Part shown: positions 1-14,420 of the stretch, one piece after another
Layout: each line of letters opens with the position of its first letter
How positions within the stretch are numbered: position 1 is the stretch's first letter
Assembly: GCF_001194135.2 (NCBI RefSeq)
Contig: NC_068981.1
Coordinates: forward strand, 141,721,467 to 141,785,466
DNA length: 64,000 nt
DNA from: Octopus bimaculoides
Taxonomy: Eukaryota
Direction of reading: 5' to 3'
The notes under the pieces: generated by a model
What the model saw: only the letters and a program-made list of their open reading frames with translations
Database searches by the model: none
Told to the model about the DNA's origin: nothing
Translations under genes and position numbers: made by a program

Positions 1-234
1 TATATATATCGTAACTTATATCTATAATTCTATTGGATTCTCTCCGCTGCACTAACTTTGAATATTGTCTCATTTGAAGTCTGAAAGTTTATTGTAACCG
101 ATATTGTATAGATAAACTCATTGTCTGTGTGTATGTTTGTGTGGGAGTATATATACATTGCGATGTGCCTATAAGTAAGTATGTATATGTGTGTGTATGT
201 ATGCATATTAAATTAATCCAATTATTTTTTAAAG

Positions 235-450
235 AGAATGAAAGCAGCGAGCTTCCAGAATCATCAGTACACCGGACAAAATGATTTAGCTGTATTTCGT
301 CTGTCTTTACGTTCAGAATTCTATATTTCACTGAGGTCAGCTGTGCCATTCATTCTTTCGGTGAAGGTAAAATAAGTACCAGTTTACACTGAGGTACATG
401 TAATCGACGAAACATCCCTAAAATTGCTGGCCTTGTGTCAAAATTTGAAA
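235..450 (+). mobile_element. Degraded tRNA-derived SINE, family A
   Basis: Diverged match to better-preserved copies at 43954-44168 and 54495-54710 (agcgagcttccagaatc...tttcgtctgtctttacgttc...aaaataagtaccagt...aaaattgctggccttgtg). Confidence 0.7.
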
Positions 451-1183
451 TCAGCATTTGAAAGCAAATTGAGCAAAAGTAAGCCTAAGAGTTGAATTCA
501 TTTTCGTGTCGTCTATGTTTGTATTCTCAAAAAAATTCGTGCCGTCTCCTGATATAACTTTTACTTGACAGTGAATTAAATCAATGAAGTGGATTTTTCT
601 ACTGGTGTTTACATACGAAAGCAAGTAGAATGCCTCATAATTAGAATGAGGTGTTAAGCTAGTAAACTACAGGTGTTGTAAATTTTTCAGGTAAGCATTT
701 ATTTTGTTGGAGACAAAATTTAAAAGTATCCAGTGATCCGCAAACAAATTCAAGGTCAAATGCCGAATGCTGGCAACTGAAGATACATAACGAAGTAAGG
801 AATATAAAGAAACCTATTTACAGTTTCATGCCATTGTGGTGTTACTCATATTTCTGGGTTCTGTGCTTCAACACTCGCCAAATACCGGGAGACAGAGTTT
901 GATCTTTCTTAACTTATTGCGTTATGAGCTTCTCTGTCATTTCTTGGGAAAATCGTTTCATAAAACAATGACTGAATCGAAGTTATCTTGCAAACACGGA
1001 TGTCACAGTAAAGGGACCTTTGTGATGTTCAAAGCAATTATCGGCAAAAAATCATTAACCTGAAACTCCTTAAAGAACATCAGATTGATATATATCGTTC
1101 AGAGAAAAAGCTTCCTTTCGTAACTCTCTCAGAACATATGGGATACTACCCTGCATCATTTTGTGGAGGATCATGATAGATTC

Positions 1184-1834
1184 TTCATCTAGTCGAGCGT
1201 ATTCAATGTCAAAACTGCAGCCTGATATAAGGCGGCGAGTTGGCAGGATAGATCGTATGCCGCGCAAAATGCTTAGCGGGATTTCGTCCGTCTTAACTTT
1301 ATGAATTCAAATTCCGCCGAGGTTGACTTTGCTTTTCATCCTTTTGGCGTCCATAAAATAAGTACTACCTGAAAGTTAGTGGTCAATGTTGCTGGCCTTG
1401 TGCCAGAATTTGAAACCAATATTACGGGCTGATGTGAATATGTTTAAAAACTCTCAAATGAGATAACTTTTTCGTGAATGCTAAAATATATTTATTAACA
1501 TTAAATAAAAAATAATTTTAGAAATAATCACGTACGAGATTAAAGAACTGGTAGGATCAGAAAAAGGAGTAAACATGAACAATCGGTATAAAAATGTGTG
1601 ACATTATCTTTAAATGCTCGGAAGCAAACTGAGACGGTAGATTGTTTTATTCATTATTGCGGTTATTTCATCTAGTCGAGCGTATTCAATGTCAAAATTG
1701 CAGCCTGATATAAGGCGGCGAGCTGGCAGGATAGATCGTATGCCGCGCAAAATGCTTTGCGGGATTTCGTCCGTCTTAACTTTATGAATTCAAATTCCGC
1801 CGAGGTTGACTTTGCTTTTCATCCTTTTGGCGTC
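1184..1834 (+). repeat. 168-bp local direct duplication (1184-1351 and 1667-1834)
   Basis: Copies differ at 3 positions and share about 45 bp of unique flank plus the 5' part of the SINE. Confidence 0.9.
1229..1420 (+). mobile_element. SINE family A copy
   Basis: aaggcggcgagttggcag head, B-box-like gaattcaaattcc, central gaggttgactttgcttttcatcc domain, 3' gctggccttgtgccagaatttgaaac. Confidence 0.8.
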
Positions 1835-2285
1835 ACGCTGGTAAAGGATTGTTGCTGTTATTGAAGTTGTTGATATGAGATAAGTAAGTGTTCTTGCAAA
1901 CAGAAGTGTTGTTTTGTTGACTATAAAATTTCAATTTCAGTGATTTCTAATTAACTGGAAACATCTGCAATGAAGGAAAAAACCGCTAAGATTAGAGAAG
2001 AGAACAAATATGCTAAAAAAGCTGTAAGACAAAAGTAGTATCAACAACAAATAACACAACATCAGCAACGCCAAGACTTGGGATTACAGGTCACACGTTT
2101 TCCCACACAGTAACATACTATCTCTAACAGAGTTCGAGAAAAAAAATTCCAAATTACACATTCGAAATAGTAGCTTGAAAGGAAACATCTGCTTGCAAAT
2201 AAACGAACAAAACAAACGTAAAGATATTGAAGTGAGATAAAGAATGGAGGAATGATAATGTCATTAATCATTAATTGCATTTTCA

Positions 2286-2301
2286 GTTATTATTTTCTAT
2301 C

Positions 2302-2380
<79 letters not shown>

Positions 2381-2520
2381 CATCATCATCATCATTATTA
2401 TCATTATCATCATTTTCATTAGCATCTTCTTTCTATTCTGTTTCCATTTCTTGCCGAGTGTCTTCCTGACACCAAGGCCAGATTATTATTATTATTATCA
2501 TTATTATTATTATTATTATT

Positions 2521-2580
<60 letters not shown>

Positions 2581-2581
2581 G
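2286..2581. repeat. Compound microsatellite (TTA)n/(TCA)n/(TTG)n with an embedded non-repetitive stub
   Basis: Direct reading of the sequence; non-repetitive insert at about 2421-2482. Confidence 0.95.
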
Positions 2582-2908
2582 ATTTCTTCTCATCACAGGT
2601 TTTGTTGGAACTCCAGGAGTCTTGCATGCGGAGCGGGCTTACTGCCTGCTGAGCATTAGAGTCGATATAATTGACTAGAAAAAAGCCCCGAAAAATATCT
2701 TGCGTCTGTAGTAAAAAGTATTAACATTGTTGTTCTAGATTTATGTAGTCCTATATTTGTTACTTGTGGTTGAACCGCTCTAGGGAGCACAGCTGTGAGG
2801 GCTTTAGAAAATATGCATTGATCTTTTATTTTGTGATTTATTGAATTGATTTTGCTCCACGAAACATAGGTGCGCTACCGAGCTGTGTTATTTCCTGTAA
2901 TTTGAATA

Positions 2909-3580
2909 TATGTGGTCTGATCAATAAGTAGCCCGACTGTTGCGATAGTAACGAAGCTAAAGCATGCTAAGTGAAGCCGCTTGGCACAAGTTGATCTTGA
3001 ACTTTGCTGTACATGTGCACTAACTTTTAACGTTCTATCTTACACCCGCTGTTTACAACAGTACTTAGAAGAAGGTGTGTAGCATGTGATTGTCCCATTG
3101 ACCGTGAGAGAGAAAGTTGAGCAGAGATCTGCATCAAATTTTGTCAAAAGTTGTCGAAACCTGCTCAGAAACCTACGCAAAGTTTCCGAAAAGCTTTCAA
3201 TGTTCTCAATACAGTCAAGGAGATCTTGTACAACTGAAATCCGAGTGTCTTTTTGAGCAGCTGAAAGCAGTTTTGGCGCAAACTTGGCAGACACGCGTCT
3301 CGTACTCAAACCTTCAGTGATAACGAATTGAACTGAACTGTAACTAATCTGCACATCCTCTAATATCTCACGGATAGCGATTCGCCAATTTCCCCTTACG
3401 GCTGCACACACATCTGCGATGTTGTTCCCATTTCTGCTGGTTGCGTGCCTCCCAGTAAGTTTGTCAATATCGACATTTATTCGGCCATCTTGGAAACGTC
3501 TAAACCACTCGTGCAAGCAGCTTCACTCTGCGTACTTAAACTTCATTTCTATGGCAACAGTCCGGGTACTTATTTGGTAT
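2909..3580. mobile_element. Rearranged mariner-derived element with long inverted ends and an internal inversion
   Basis: Inverted arms 2922-2987 and 3511-3575. The + strand 3100-3195 gives a frameshifted transposase N-terminus (EQR-ICIKFCQKL..ETCSETYAK). The - strand 3510 to 3197 gives EWFRRFQDGR...RRVSAKFAPKLL...QKDTRISVVQDLLDC, typical of the mariner DNA-binding region and linker. Confidence 0.85.
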
Positions 3581-4873
3581 TACTGGCAACACATCTCCAA
3601 GACACTATTATAATGATTGTCTCTATTTTCAGCCACTTCTACATTAGGGGTATTTCTTTATAGCTGGATTTTCCCTACATTGTTTTAACATGAGTTACAC
3701 TACCGCCTCTTAGTGTTGATATGTCGACGTTCATTTTCTCGAAGCTCCTTGGCAACAGTATGTACTGGATCAGGATTGATCTTCCAGAATATGACTATTT
3801 TATCCATTCTCTGAGTCCTATCTTTTTCAGATACACACACATTCTAGGAGTGGTGCTGTTTTATCGGAAAGATGAAATGCAAAGTTGACTGTGACAGGAT
3901 TTGAATATATCTACAGGTAGTCGGTAGAAATACCACAAGACATTCTCCACCCCAGGCCTTAACATCTGTGCTAATTCACCGCCTTTTTATAACTTAAATC
4001 GTTTCGTATTTTGGAACAAGTCTAGCAATCGTATATGAAGGTAGTACTGGATTGGTATTTTATTTTATCGACCCCACAAAAAATGAAAGGCAAAGTTGTT
4101 TTTGACGTTATTTGAACTCATAATGTAAATTAACGTGCCGCAGGAAAAGCCTCAAATGATTTTCTCCAATAAGATAAAGAGTCTGCAGCTCGCCGTCTCG
4201 TTTACTTAATTAATGCAGTCATTATATTCAAATTAAGGAGCGTTCTAGAAACAGCGAAAGTTTACTAATGAAGTATTTTTTTTTCAATTCCGTTCAACAT
4301 GCATCGACTATATCTAAATTTAGCTAGTACCTTCAATTATTGGCCAGGGCATTGTGAAATCAACATAGAAGAAAACCTTGTCACTCCACGAAAATCTGTT
4401 TATATTATCCATAGAAAGAGTAAATTGAACTTAACAAGGGCCCCTTTAATTTTTACGATAACTGAATAAACTAGTAATTAAACAGTTGACAAGTTCTATT
4501 AGCGTAATCCAAAGTTGTTATTGGTTACACTAAGAAAGGACCAAATAAACGAAATTGCTTACCGTCCGTACGTTAAGTAGATATAGCTTTAGTTATTAAT
4601 TTTTCATTCATTTTCTTCTTCGTTCTTTCTTTCTTTCTTTTAGTGTAGTTTCGTTTTGTAGTCAGTGATGTTAGCGTTGGCGTTATTTCACTATCGGCGT
4701 AATTATGGAATGCACTGATATTTCTAGTTCACAAGTTAAACTAAAAACGTCCATACAACACAAGAGCCCCGAGGAAAATGAATTAAAAGAAGTTAAAAAA
4801 GAAAAAAACAAATCTCAGAAAAGTATGTGATTGTACCATAGTGGACGTATGCACAAGTACATACGTATGTGTG

Positions 4874-4907
<34 letters not shown>

Positions 4908-5955
4908 NNNNNNNNNNNNNNNNNNNNNNNNNNNNNNNNNNNNNNNNNNNNNNNNNNNNNNNNNNNNNNNNNNNNNNNNNNNNNNNNNNNNNNNNNNNNN
5001 NNNNNNNNNNNNNNNNNNNNNNNNNNNNNNNNNNNNNNNNNNNNNNNNNNNNNNNNNNNNNNNNNNNNNNNNNNNNNNNNNNNNNNNNNNNNNNNNNNNN
5101 NNNNNNNNNNNNNNNNNNNNNNNNNNNNNNNNNNNNNNNNNNNNNNNNNNNNNNNNNNNNNNNNNNNNNNNNNNNNNNNNNNNNNNNNNNNNNNNNNNNN
5201 NNNNNNNNNNNNNNNNNNNNNNNNNNNNNNNNNNNNNNNNNNNNNNNNNNNNNNNNNNNNNNNNNNNNNNNNNNNNNNNNNNNNNNNNNNNNNNNNNNNN
5301 NNNNNNNNNNNNNNNNNNNNNNNNNNNNNNNNNNNNNNNATATATATATATATATAATGCTAAGGAGCAAGGGAAAATACCACACGTGCGTTCGTTTATG
5401 TGAATTGAAACTCCGCTTGTTCTCTTGCACTGAATCTATAGAATTTTTCACAAAACATCAGAGTAAGCATTAATGTCAAAACGTCGCAATTAAAGTAGAA
5501 TATTACAATTGCATCAATATATTTTATGAAATACATACACTGACATTAGTTTATTGATAGAAGCACACACACATACACACAGATATACCTATTCATATAA
5601 GTACAAATAAATGAAAGCTTGTTTTACTGTTTGTATGTATATGTATGTGCACAGAAACATGTATACATACATACATACATACATACAAGCATATATATAT
5701 GCGTAATCCTTTATGTGATATCGTGTACAGTTGAATGTATAACACAAGCATGCATAGTATCTACACTCGATTTTATGATGTATCTCTCATTTTATGATGT
5801 ATCTTGCATGCAGCCATGCAAGCATCCTTATAAATTATATTGTATTGAAAACATGATGTGAATACTGAGCGCAGTAAACATGCAATTCCCACACAGACAT
5901 TGATAGAATAAAGGTTAATGGGATAAAAATACTATCATATATATGCGTGTCTCTA

Positions 5956-6002
<47 letters not shown>

Positions 6003-8792
6003 CATACACTGGCGCGCACGCACAAATATGTATGCGTGTATGTGTATGAACAATAAAGATATAAAGCAAAGAGTGTATTTAATGTCATGATCCAACATTA
6101 ATGATCTAACCGTTTGTTGGGAGAAACTTATTTGTCGCTTTCATCGCTACATGCTATCTCTTTTGTTCTATTATACTACAAATGCAAATACTTATTATTG
6201 GCTGAAAAATCAGCAAACTCACTAACATATCTCTCAACGATCCAACGATGGGATATTATATGTAGTCACACGGCTTGCTGGAAATAACAGTTATTCTCTC
6301 CATAAATAACAACCTAATGTCATGCAGAATTTTTTTAAAAAAATACACATTTTGATTAATGTAACCTCTGAACAAATTCAAGAACGAGGCATGGGTCGTG
6401 GGCGTAATGCTTTTCATAGTTCTAAAGAACAAGTTTTTTTCTGGTGCTAAACAGCAGTAGCAGTATACCTAACCACTAAGGAAGCCAACAACGCTTAGTG
6501 AAATATAATTCTTTCTTTTCTTAATCAAGAGAAATTTATTTCTTACTACACTTATTTTACCCTTTCTTACACGTATAGCGTTATAGTTGATATTCATCAT
6601 TTTGGTTACTGTTTTGTTTAATTTTCATTTTTTTATTTGGTGGAGCTGAAGAGGGTGATTTAAAAGAACTTTATCACAGCTTCGCGTCTACTTCGTCACG
6701 AACGTTTCATCAAGAGCGTTTATCAATAAATTTATGTCTTCTTATCGCTAATCTTTTCATACTCTACGCGAACAAAATGGCTACTTATATCAGTTTATCT
6801 CTCTTTATTTTTCCTCTTACGTTTCTTCCTCTGCCATTTTCTCCGTATACATATATTTATTTATCTCTTGCTGAAATTATTCAAAACTTTCTCTTGTCAG
6901 CAATAATTATCCGAGGTTACTACAATTTGCTTTAATACTCCTTCAATCTTTGACATTGCTCCACTGCAAACTAGAAATGTTTATTAGTCCTGAGTATCAC
7001 ACAACACATATATATATTATTCTCTTCACATTTATAAAATCCGACATATTACGCAACATTCTCATCCTATTCATAACTCATTCAATATGCTTCATGTAAT
7101 AACTTCCCATTTACATTCACTCGTAGATAGGAAAGCAAACCACATTGCCACTCATATGATAAAAATACCATAATTTACGTTATATCTAGGTTTTCATAGC
7201 GTCTAATTGGTGATGGTTTTGGTACATCACCACTAAATACTTTGCTGACAGATATAATCTAAAGTGATATTCCATATCAGTATCAAGCATTCCGTTACGT
7301 ATGACAACTACCTTAGGCTTGTATTCAAGCTATTAAATCATTTATGTGCGATATTCTTACATTCCCTTCTCTTACTAGCAATTAGTGGTTATGCTGAAGA
7401 CACAAAAGTCCTAATATGAATGCATACGTATGACACAATGTTAGCCAATTTGTGAAAACGAATGGTGCTTGACGGGCAATTATTTTATTGACACGAGCGG
7501 TGAATGGCAAAGCTTATACGGACCGGTTTTAAAAATAGAACGTAATGGGACGAAACAAAAATCTGTATAGCTTAAGGTCACGGCACCGGGAGTTCTGATT
7601 GTGTGCATATGATTCTGTTTATTTCTTCGAATTCTATACATTAAACATTCAAACGTTCTGTGATAAAGAGGCAATTGCCCTTTTTTTTCTTGTCTGAGAC
7701 ATAAGGTTCATAGTAACAGCACAATACACCAATTACATAATACTTCGTTAGTTTCATTTTAATTTTTGCCTGCCAAATATACACTCAGTTTTTCCCCCGA
7801 TTTTGATGATCTTAGAGATTAAGAAATCACTATAAGTTTCTGGTATTCATGTAAGTCAAGCAGAGATATTCTAAATGGTCTCTAGACTGACTAAAGCTGT
7901 CAGTCAAATTCCTAGTCACCGGCTGGTTACACGGCTAAGAAATAAATGAAGACATGACGCATTGTTTTAAATAATTTCTATACACCTTAACATAACAGAT
8001 GGTCACGACGGGAATGCGTGTCATCGTAGACCTATTTTATCAGGGTTGACTCGTAGCTAGACGACAAGTACAGTGATGAAAGCAAAAACAGAAGGTACAT
8101 GTGTGGGGGTGGCAATTTTCATTAGATTAATGTCTCATTTTGTTATTTTATAGTAGCAGAATTATCATTATCTCAACTGGTAAACAAAATCTTTTTCTTC
8201 GGTTGAGGAAGTGAGAACAGCGGTCTTTGTAATCAAAAGTCACTCTCGGGCTATTATAAACAAATTAGTCATGTCCAGCTTAAAATTATGCAGGCTGAAC
8301 AATTAAAAGAAGTGTAGATATTAATGGTTGTACATGCTAGAAGTTTGAACGTCTAAGGAGGAAGAATGTGTAGAATGTATAGCACCACGGGTTCTGTGGC
8401 AAATAATAGAATGAGAAACTTGTTTATCAAGAAGTCTTTTCGTGAAGGCGATATCATGATAACACGTGCTGAGGAAGCTGAGGCTATCTGCCAATGCAGA
8501 AACCGGTCGACATGATACCAAATGTATGCTGGGAGATTGAATATATGCTGGGAGATGTATGCTGGGAGATTGTCTTAGCCCGCTTGCCTTCGGACGGTTG
8601 ATTTCTGTAGCTATTATCAGTGTATTTTGGCGAGTTAAATAATAATTTTGACAGTTATTTCCAGCAGGTAGACATATTTAGTATGACTTTTTATTAATTT
8701 TAATCTTTCAGCTATTTAATGTTTGGGGTGGGACTGCAATCACCTATATTGTTGATTCTGTTATTATCATTTTTTAATTGTTACACTAGATA

Positions 8793-8793
8793 A

Positions 8794-8825
<32 letters not shown>

Positions 8826-8831
8826 TGTGTA

Positions 8832-8897
<66 letters not shown>
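8793..8897. repeat. (GT)n microsatellite
   Basis: Direct reading. Confidence 0.95.
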
Positions 8898-8900
<3 letters not shown>

Positions 8901-11111
8901 GTTTAACACCGAAAATGATATTATAGTAAAGGCTAATCTCGAAAGATCTATTTGCAAGTTTACAACCCAATAGAAACAAAACTGTACAATAGAGTTTTTA
9001 CTGGTCGGTGAGGGAGTTTCAGTTAAATTGAATATGTTGCATCAGTTTAAATTTTTATAGTCCGCTGTGATTTGTATATGCATGTGCTTTAATAGAAGTA
9101 TCGCATTAACCTTGTACTGTTTGAGTAAACTGAAGAACTTCGGAAGTTTCTTGCACCGAAGAGGTTTTGTCTTTAGGTGCTCTTAGGTACTTGGGTGTCT
9201 GTTGCTATCGAAGCGCAATTTAAGATAAAATCACGTAATACAAAATTTCTATCTACAGGTGTTGACATAATTTCAACAACTACGAAAACCTATTCTTTTT
9301 AGCACTTAAGAGATGATTTGTAAGGACGATTACTGCAGTCTATGGCGTTCTTAACAACACATTGGATATGTATATTAATACTTGTTTTCTTCTGTTTGAA
9401 GTATTTAGTCTTGTTTAGTCTCTTGTACTGTTAGAGGAGAGCAGATTAACATGTTCATATTGAATAATTTCATTAGCAGATCGTTCATGGAACCTGTGCA
9501 ATACCAACATGAAATATAAATGTTATTATTGGATTACGCCAATGCTAAAAGTATTATGTAGAGCATGCAAGTGAAATAGCCTCACCTTAGTGACCAAAAC
9601 TTTGAGAAACAGAGTATGATGGTCATAGCCAAAAAGTATTTGCTCATACGTTTCTTGTTTTAGGACTAATCCGGGACAAACAGTACCTCAGTGTAGGAGG
9701 ATTGAAGAACGTTTCCATATAATTGTGTTGGGAGATAACTGTATAGATAGTTAATATATAGTAAATAACAGCTAGTGACATAGTTAAATGAGCCATATGG
9801 AAATTGAATGAGGTCACTTTAGAGGAGGATTCTTTGATATACGTTTTGACAGATTAATCTTATTGAAAATTTCACATCCAGAACATGAGAATTCTTGTTA
9901 TTAAATTATTTAACAGCTTCTACATGAATATAGTTTCTTTATCATTGTTATCTGAGGGAACAAAAAAAGAAATTGCAATGAATTTCTCAAACGTCAAACC
10001 TGGAAAGCAAAGGGCTTCAAACGGATATTGAAACCGTGCAGCAGTTTCAATGCACCGGAAACATGAAAACATGTCACTTGGCCTGCAAACCTAAGCAGAA
10101 AACTGCAATGTGTAGTGTTCAAGTAATCATGTTTGCAAGGACAAAAGTTTCGATGGTGTCATTATATTCTAAAAATATTAATTGATTTATGATACAAGCC
10201 AAATAAAAATTACATGATTATTAAAAAAGAAAACAAGAACAACAACAGCAGCAGCAGCAACAACAACAACAACAACAACAACAATAATAATATTTCTCAA
10301 AACTTCGAGTATTTGTTAAATGGGATGGAGAAAATAATTGCAACTTATTATATGATTTTCTTTTTTTTTCTATGTTGTTTAAATCTATATATGTTTTATA
10401 ATGTATTTTTATTTCATCATTCTTAAAGGAAATATTTTGCATTTAACTTTTTGTTATAACACTGATGTACTACCTCTAATTTTAAAATAGAGAATAAAGA
10501 AATAAACAAGAAAGGATCGGAAAGAGAGAGTAATGTAACGTAGTAGAACATTTGTCCGTTTTCTTTTTCTTTCGTCTTCATTGATATCTGGAAGTCGTTT
10601 TCTTCAGATAGACTTGCACAGCTTGTTTACAGCCATAACATTAGTCGGCATTTTTTGACTTAGTTCAATATTGCATTGTTAGTGAAATAATAATACTTAT
10701 AATGCAAATAATAGAAGAAAATGAAGAAATAAAAATACATTGAATTCTTTAAAATACTCTAAAAAAAAATTGCGCGAATACTGAAGCAAGAAGGGAAAAA
10801 AATGGTATACGATATTGGAATTATGCATCGGTGTGGATATTAAGACGAAGTCAACTGTTATAATTTAAAATCCACTCTTCGTACCTTCTTTTTTACCATT
10901 CAATTATTTATTATTTTCCTAAGTGATTGTATCTTCGACTGTGTATTTATGTATTTATATGTGCTATACACGTGTGTGTGGGCGTGCGCGCGTGTGTCTG
11001 CGTGTGCGTGCGTGTGTGCTCATATCATTTTCTGATTTCTACCCGAATAATTATATTCATGTATTTCCATGCCTCTTACATGTTTGATTTTAGTAGTAGT
11101 CCCACGTGTAA

Positions 11112-11142
<31 letters not shown>

Positions 11143-14100
11143 TACACACAGTCTCTCTCTCTTTCTCTCACACAGTCTCTCTCACACTCTTGCCGAACCA
11201 TGCATACTTGTACGCATAGACAAAAATGCATGCGCACACACATGCATACATACACATATATGTATGCATGTATGTATGTATGTATGTATGTATGTATNNN
11301 NNNNNNNNNNNNNNNNNNNNNNNNNNNNNNNNNNNNNNNATATATATATATATATATATATATATACTTAAATCACACCACTTAGCTGATGCCTTCACTG
11401 CTGTTGCAAATTTAAAAACCTACGATGACCAGGTCAGCTATCAACACTGCTGTAATTGAAAGCATTTTCATTGTCTCTAATTCTGTAAGTCCTTCTAAAG
11501 GAGACACCTCCAAAGAGACACCCTACTGTACTTCTGTTTATTTTGGCACAAAATTTACTGGCATTCCTCCTCCAAAAATCAAATGATTATATGCTAGAGT
11601 CTACAACAGTATGAAACATAAATACAACCTATAATTTCTTTGTTGAGGACCTAAGTATCTATACTGTAAATATGCACAATTCTGAGAAAACAGCTGGATT
11701 TAATAACAACGTGTTTCGCTGTTATAGGGATGGAATTCATCCAAAAGAAGCGTTCATAGTTAATAGCTCAATGTAGGAAGATTGCTTTGCTTTCCGAAAA
11801 TATTTACTTCAACTCTGTGTCTCTCTTGCTCTACCCACTGTGTGATACACATACGTAGGTATTGAAAATATTGTAGCATTCAAAAGTCATGTGAAAAAAT
11901 TAGAACGACTGCCATGCTACTGTATCTTTCGGAGCATTTCCCTTACAATTTCATATTCTGTAGTGTACTACAGACATTTCCATTTCATTATTATTAACAA
12001 CCACACAGTCCTATTCTCAACAAGAATCTTCCAGAGAAATAGTGATTTTTGATGCAACTTGTGCCAGTATGGTGTATTAAAATCATAGTTTGTGAAAAAG
12101 AATCAAAATACGCTAATCTCTCAGGATTTCTACATCGGCATTCTGTATCCGTATACACTTTTACATGTACTTATAATTATATGTATTTATATGAGTGTTT
12201 CATATAAACAACGAAAAGTGAAGCATTTGCTAATATCTCTCCCAATGCTTATGTCTAGAATAGCAGTGTTCCAGTGTTCAGACTATTTTTCGTACTTGTT
12301 GAAATTTAGTACGGGGATATTTCTGGGTTCTTTTACTTTCTTTACTTCATGTGAATTCTTACAACGAGTTGTAGATGTCCGTTGTGTATCGTAAACTTAA
12401 GTCTTGCAATCTCTTCATTTCCTAATGTAGCGACTTAGTCCAGCACGAACGTGGGTAGAAAGAGAAGAATTATTGCTGCCTTCATTATTTACACAATTTA
12501 GATTATGTACAGTGAAAGAGTATTTCTTTAGTAAGTAACACAGTACGGTGGCTTGTTCGGTGATTATTGCGTCTTTGCATGCATTATATAATATATCCCA
12601 TTGCTTTTACCAAAGAAATGTTCATAAATGGATATTTTGAGTAAGTACATGTGTGCTTCGCAACTCTCCTATAAGATCTCTAGTAAATCTTCGATTGAAC
12701 ATATACTAAATTTCTCTGGGGTGTGTTATTTGATAATGTAATATACTTGTAGTGTGACCTCATGTGTTTGTGGATGTTATTGGATTGCTTTGCATGGAAA
12801 ACCGTTGTTTTGTTAGTTTATTTTCATTACTTAGCAAATACACGCTGGGAAGATATATGTTTCTTTCCATAAAATGAGGAGATCCTATATGTGCACTCAC
12901 CTGCAAGTATTTATTCAGTTTCAATATTTAGTTAGGAGTTATTGTCCTAAAATGCATAATAAAATGCATTGCGCCATTAACGAACACTAACAAATAACAT
13001 AATAATGATTTATATGCAATATACAAATTTAGTTGCTGACGTAAATGATGTAAACTTCATGACTCCAAGTATTGTATTTTCCCGACAAGAGTAGACATGT
13101 TGATGTTTCTAGTGTAAATGTGATAGTTAAGATAAACGGCTACCTAGTGAGAGCTGACTCCTCAGTTACTGGTTCCATTGTAGAAACGTAAATATTAAGT
13201 TTAAAACGTAAATTTGGTTGAAATACATGTTTCATCTCTCGGTGACAATTGTATGTGAATAGAAGAGAACATTCAACAGGTAGTTGAACGAATTTCAATA
13301 GATTCCACTAGCTAATAATTTTACAAAGCATGGAATCTCTAATTGAATAAAGCTTCAGACAAGAATCAAATAATCAGAGAAGGTTTTAATACGAGCAGAT
13401 TTAATTCAAACGAAAGAATTTTTACATGCAAAACACAGAATACACTAGCGTTAGGATACAAAAAGGACATATAAGATGTGTGAGTGCGTTCGTGTAAGTG
13501 TGTGTATAAATGTGAATGTGAGCATGTGTGTACGAAATCGAGGACAGGTAATCGTCCGTAATATTTGTTTACTCTTTTAATCTCACACTACAAGCGTAAA
13601 CAAATACACGACTCAGATTAGTTAGGAAATTATAGAAATTACAATAACGTTATTAAATGTCTAGATTTTCTAGGGTCAGAAGAAATATATCTCTTTACAG
13701 AGAGTTGGAAATATGAAGTCTATAGTTGTTTGACATTGCGACACGATTATTGCTTTTGTTATGAAGGGAAGCTATTGTTTGGCATTGAAATTGATGTGCT
13801 GGACACATGCTAGTTGTCGCGAGATCTTGAAGTAATGCATGTTTCCAAACATGAATAATTTTACAACTGTTCTGAATGCTCTAGCAGCAATTGCAATAGG
13901 AATATTTATACGGTTAAATGACACCGTCCTTAAAGGGTTAGTTGCCGTGGTGCATTCGACTTAACTACGAAACGAAATCTTCGTTTAAACGGTACGTCGT
14001 AGGAGTTTCTTCTTGATTCAGAACAATAAAATATGTCTACACAATGTAATACAATATTCAGCTATACAGATAGTAGAGTTAAGCCTAAACAAGCATTCAA

Positions 14101-14239
14101 CAGTAAATGAAACATTACCAAATTACTGAAGTTTATAAAATTTAGAACATTCTCCAATTACGGACACAAATGTAGCTATCTCTCTACTCTGGAAAGGCAG
14201 AACAATAGGAATAATATGACTACATATTGTAGCTTTTCC

Positions 14240-14286
14240 TTTCTTCTTCTTCTTCTTCTTCTTCTTCTTCTTCTTCTTCTTCTTCT

Positions 14287-14333
<47 letters not shown>

Positions 14334-14420
14334 TTCTTTTTCTTCTTCTTCTTCTTCTTCTTCTTCTTCTTCTTCTTCTTCTTCTTCTTCTTCTTCTTCT
14401 TCTCATTATTATTATCATCA

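Noticed and set aside
2599-2680. Possible exon reading GFVGTPG, reminiscent of a kinase activation segment
   Set aside because: The continuation (VLHAERAY) does not fit the kinase APE/SPE motif, it ends in a stop without a donor site, and it is better explained as a retroelement stub.
4783-5473. Long ORFs spanning N-runs (also 14176-15186, 18055-18735, 24259-24819, 25679-26253, 48422-49155, 52554-53346, 57896-58688)
   Set aside because: They are open only because gaps and (TA)n/(CA)n tracts contain no stop codons.
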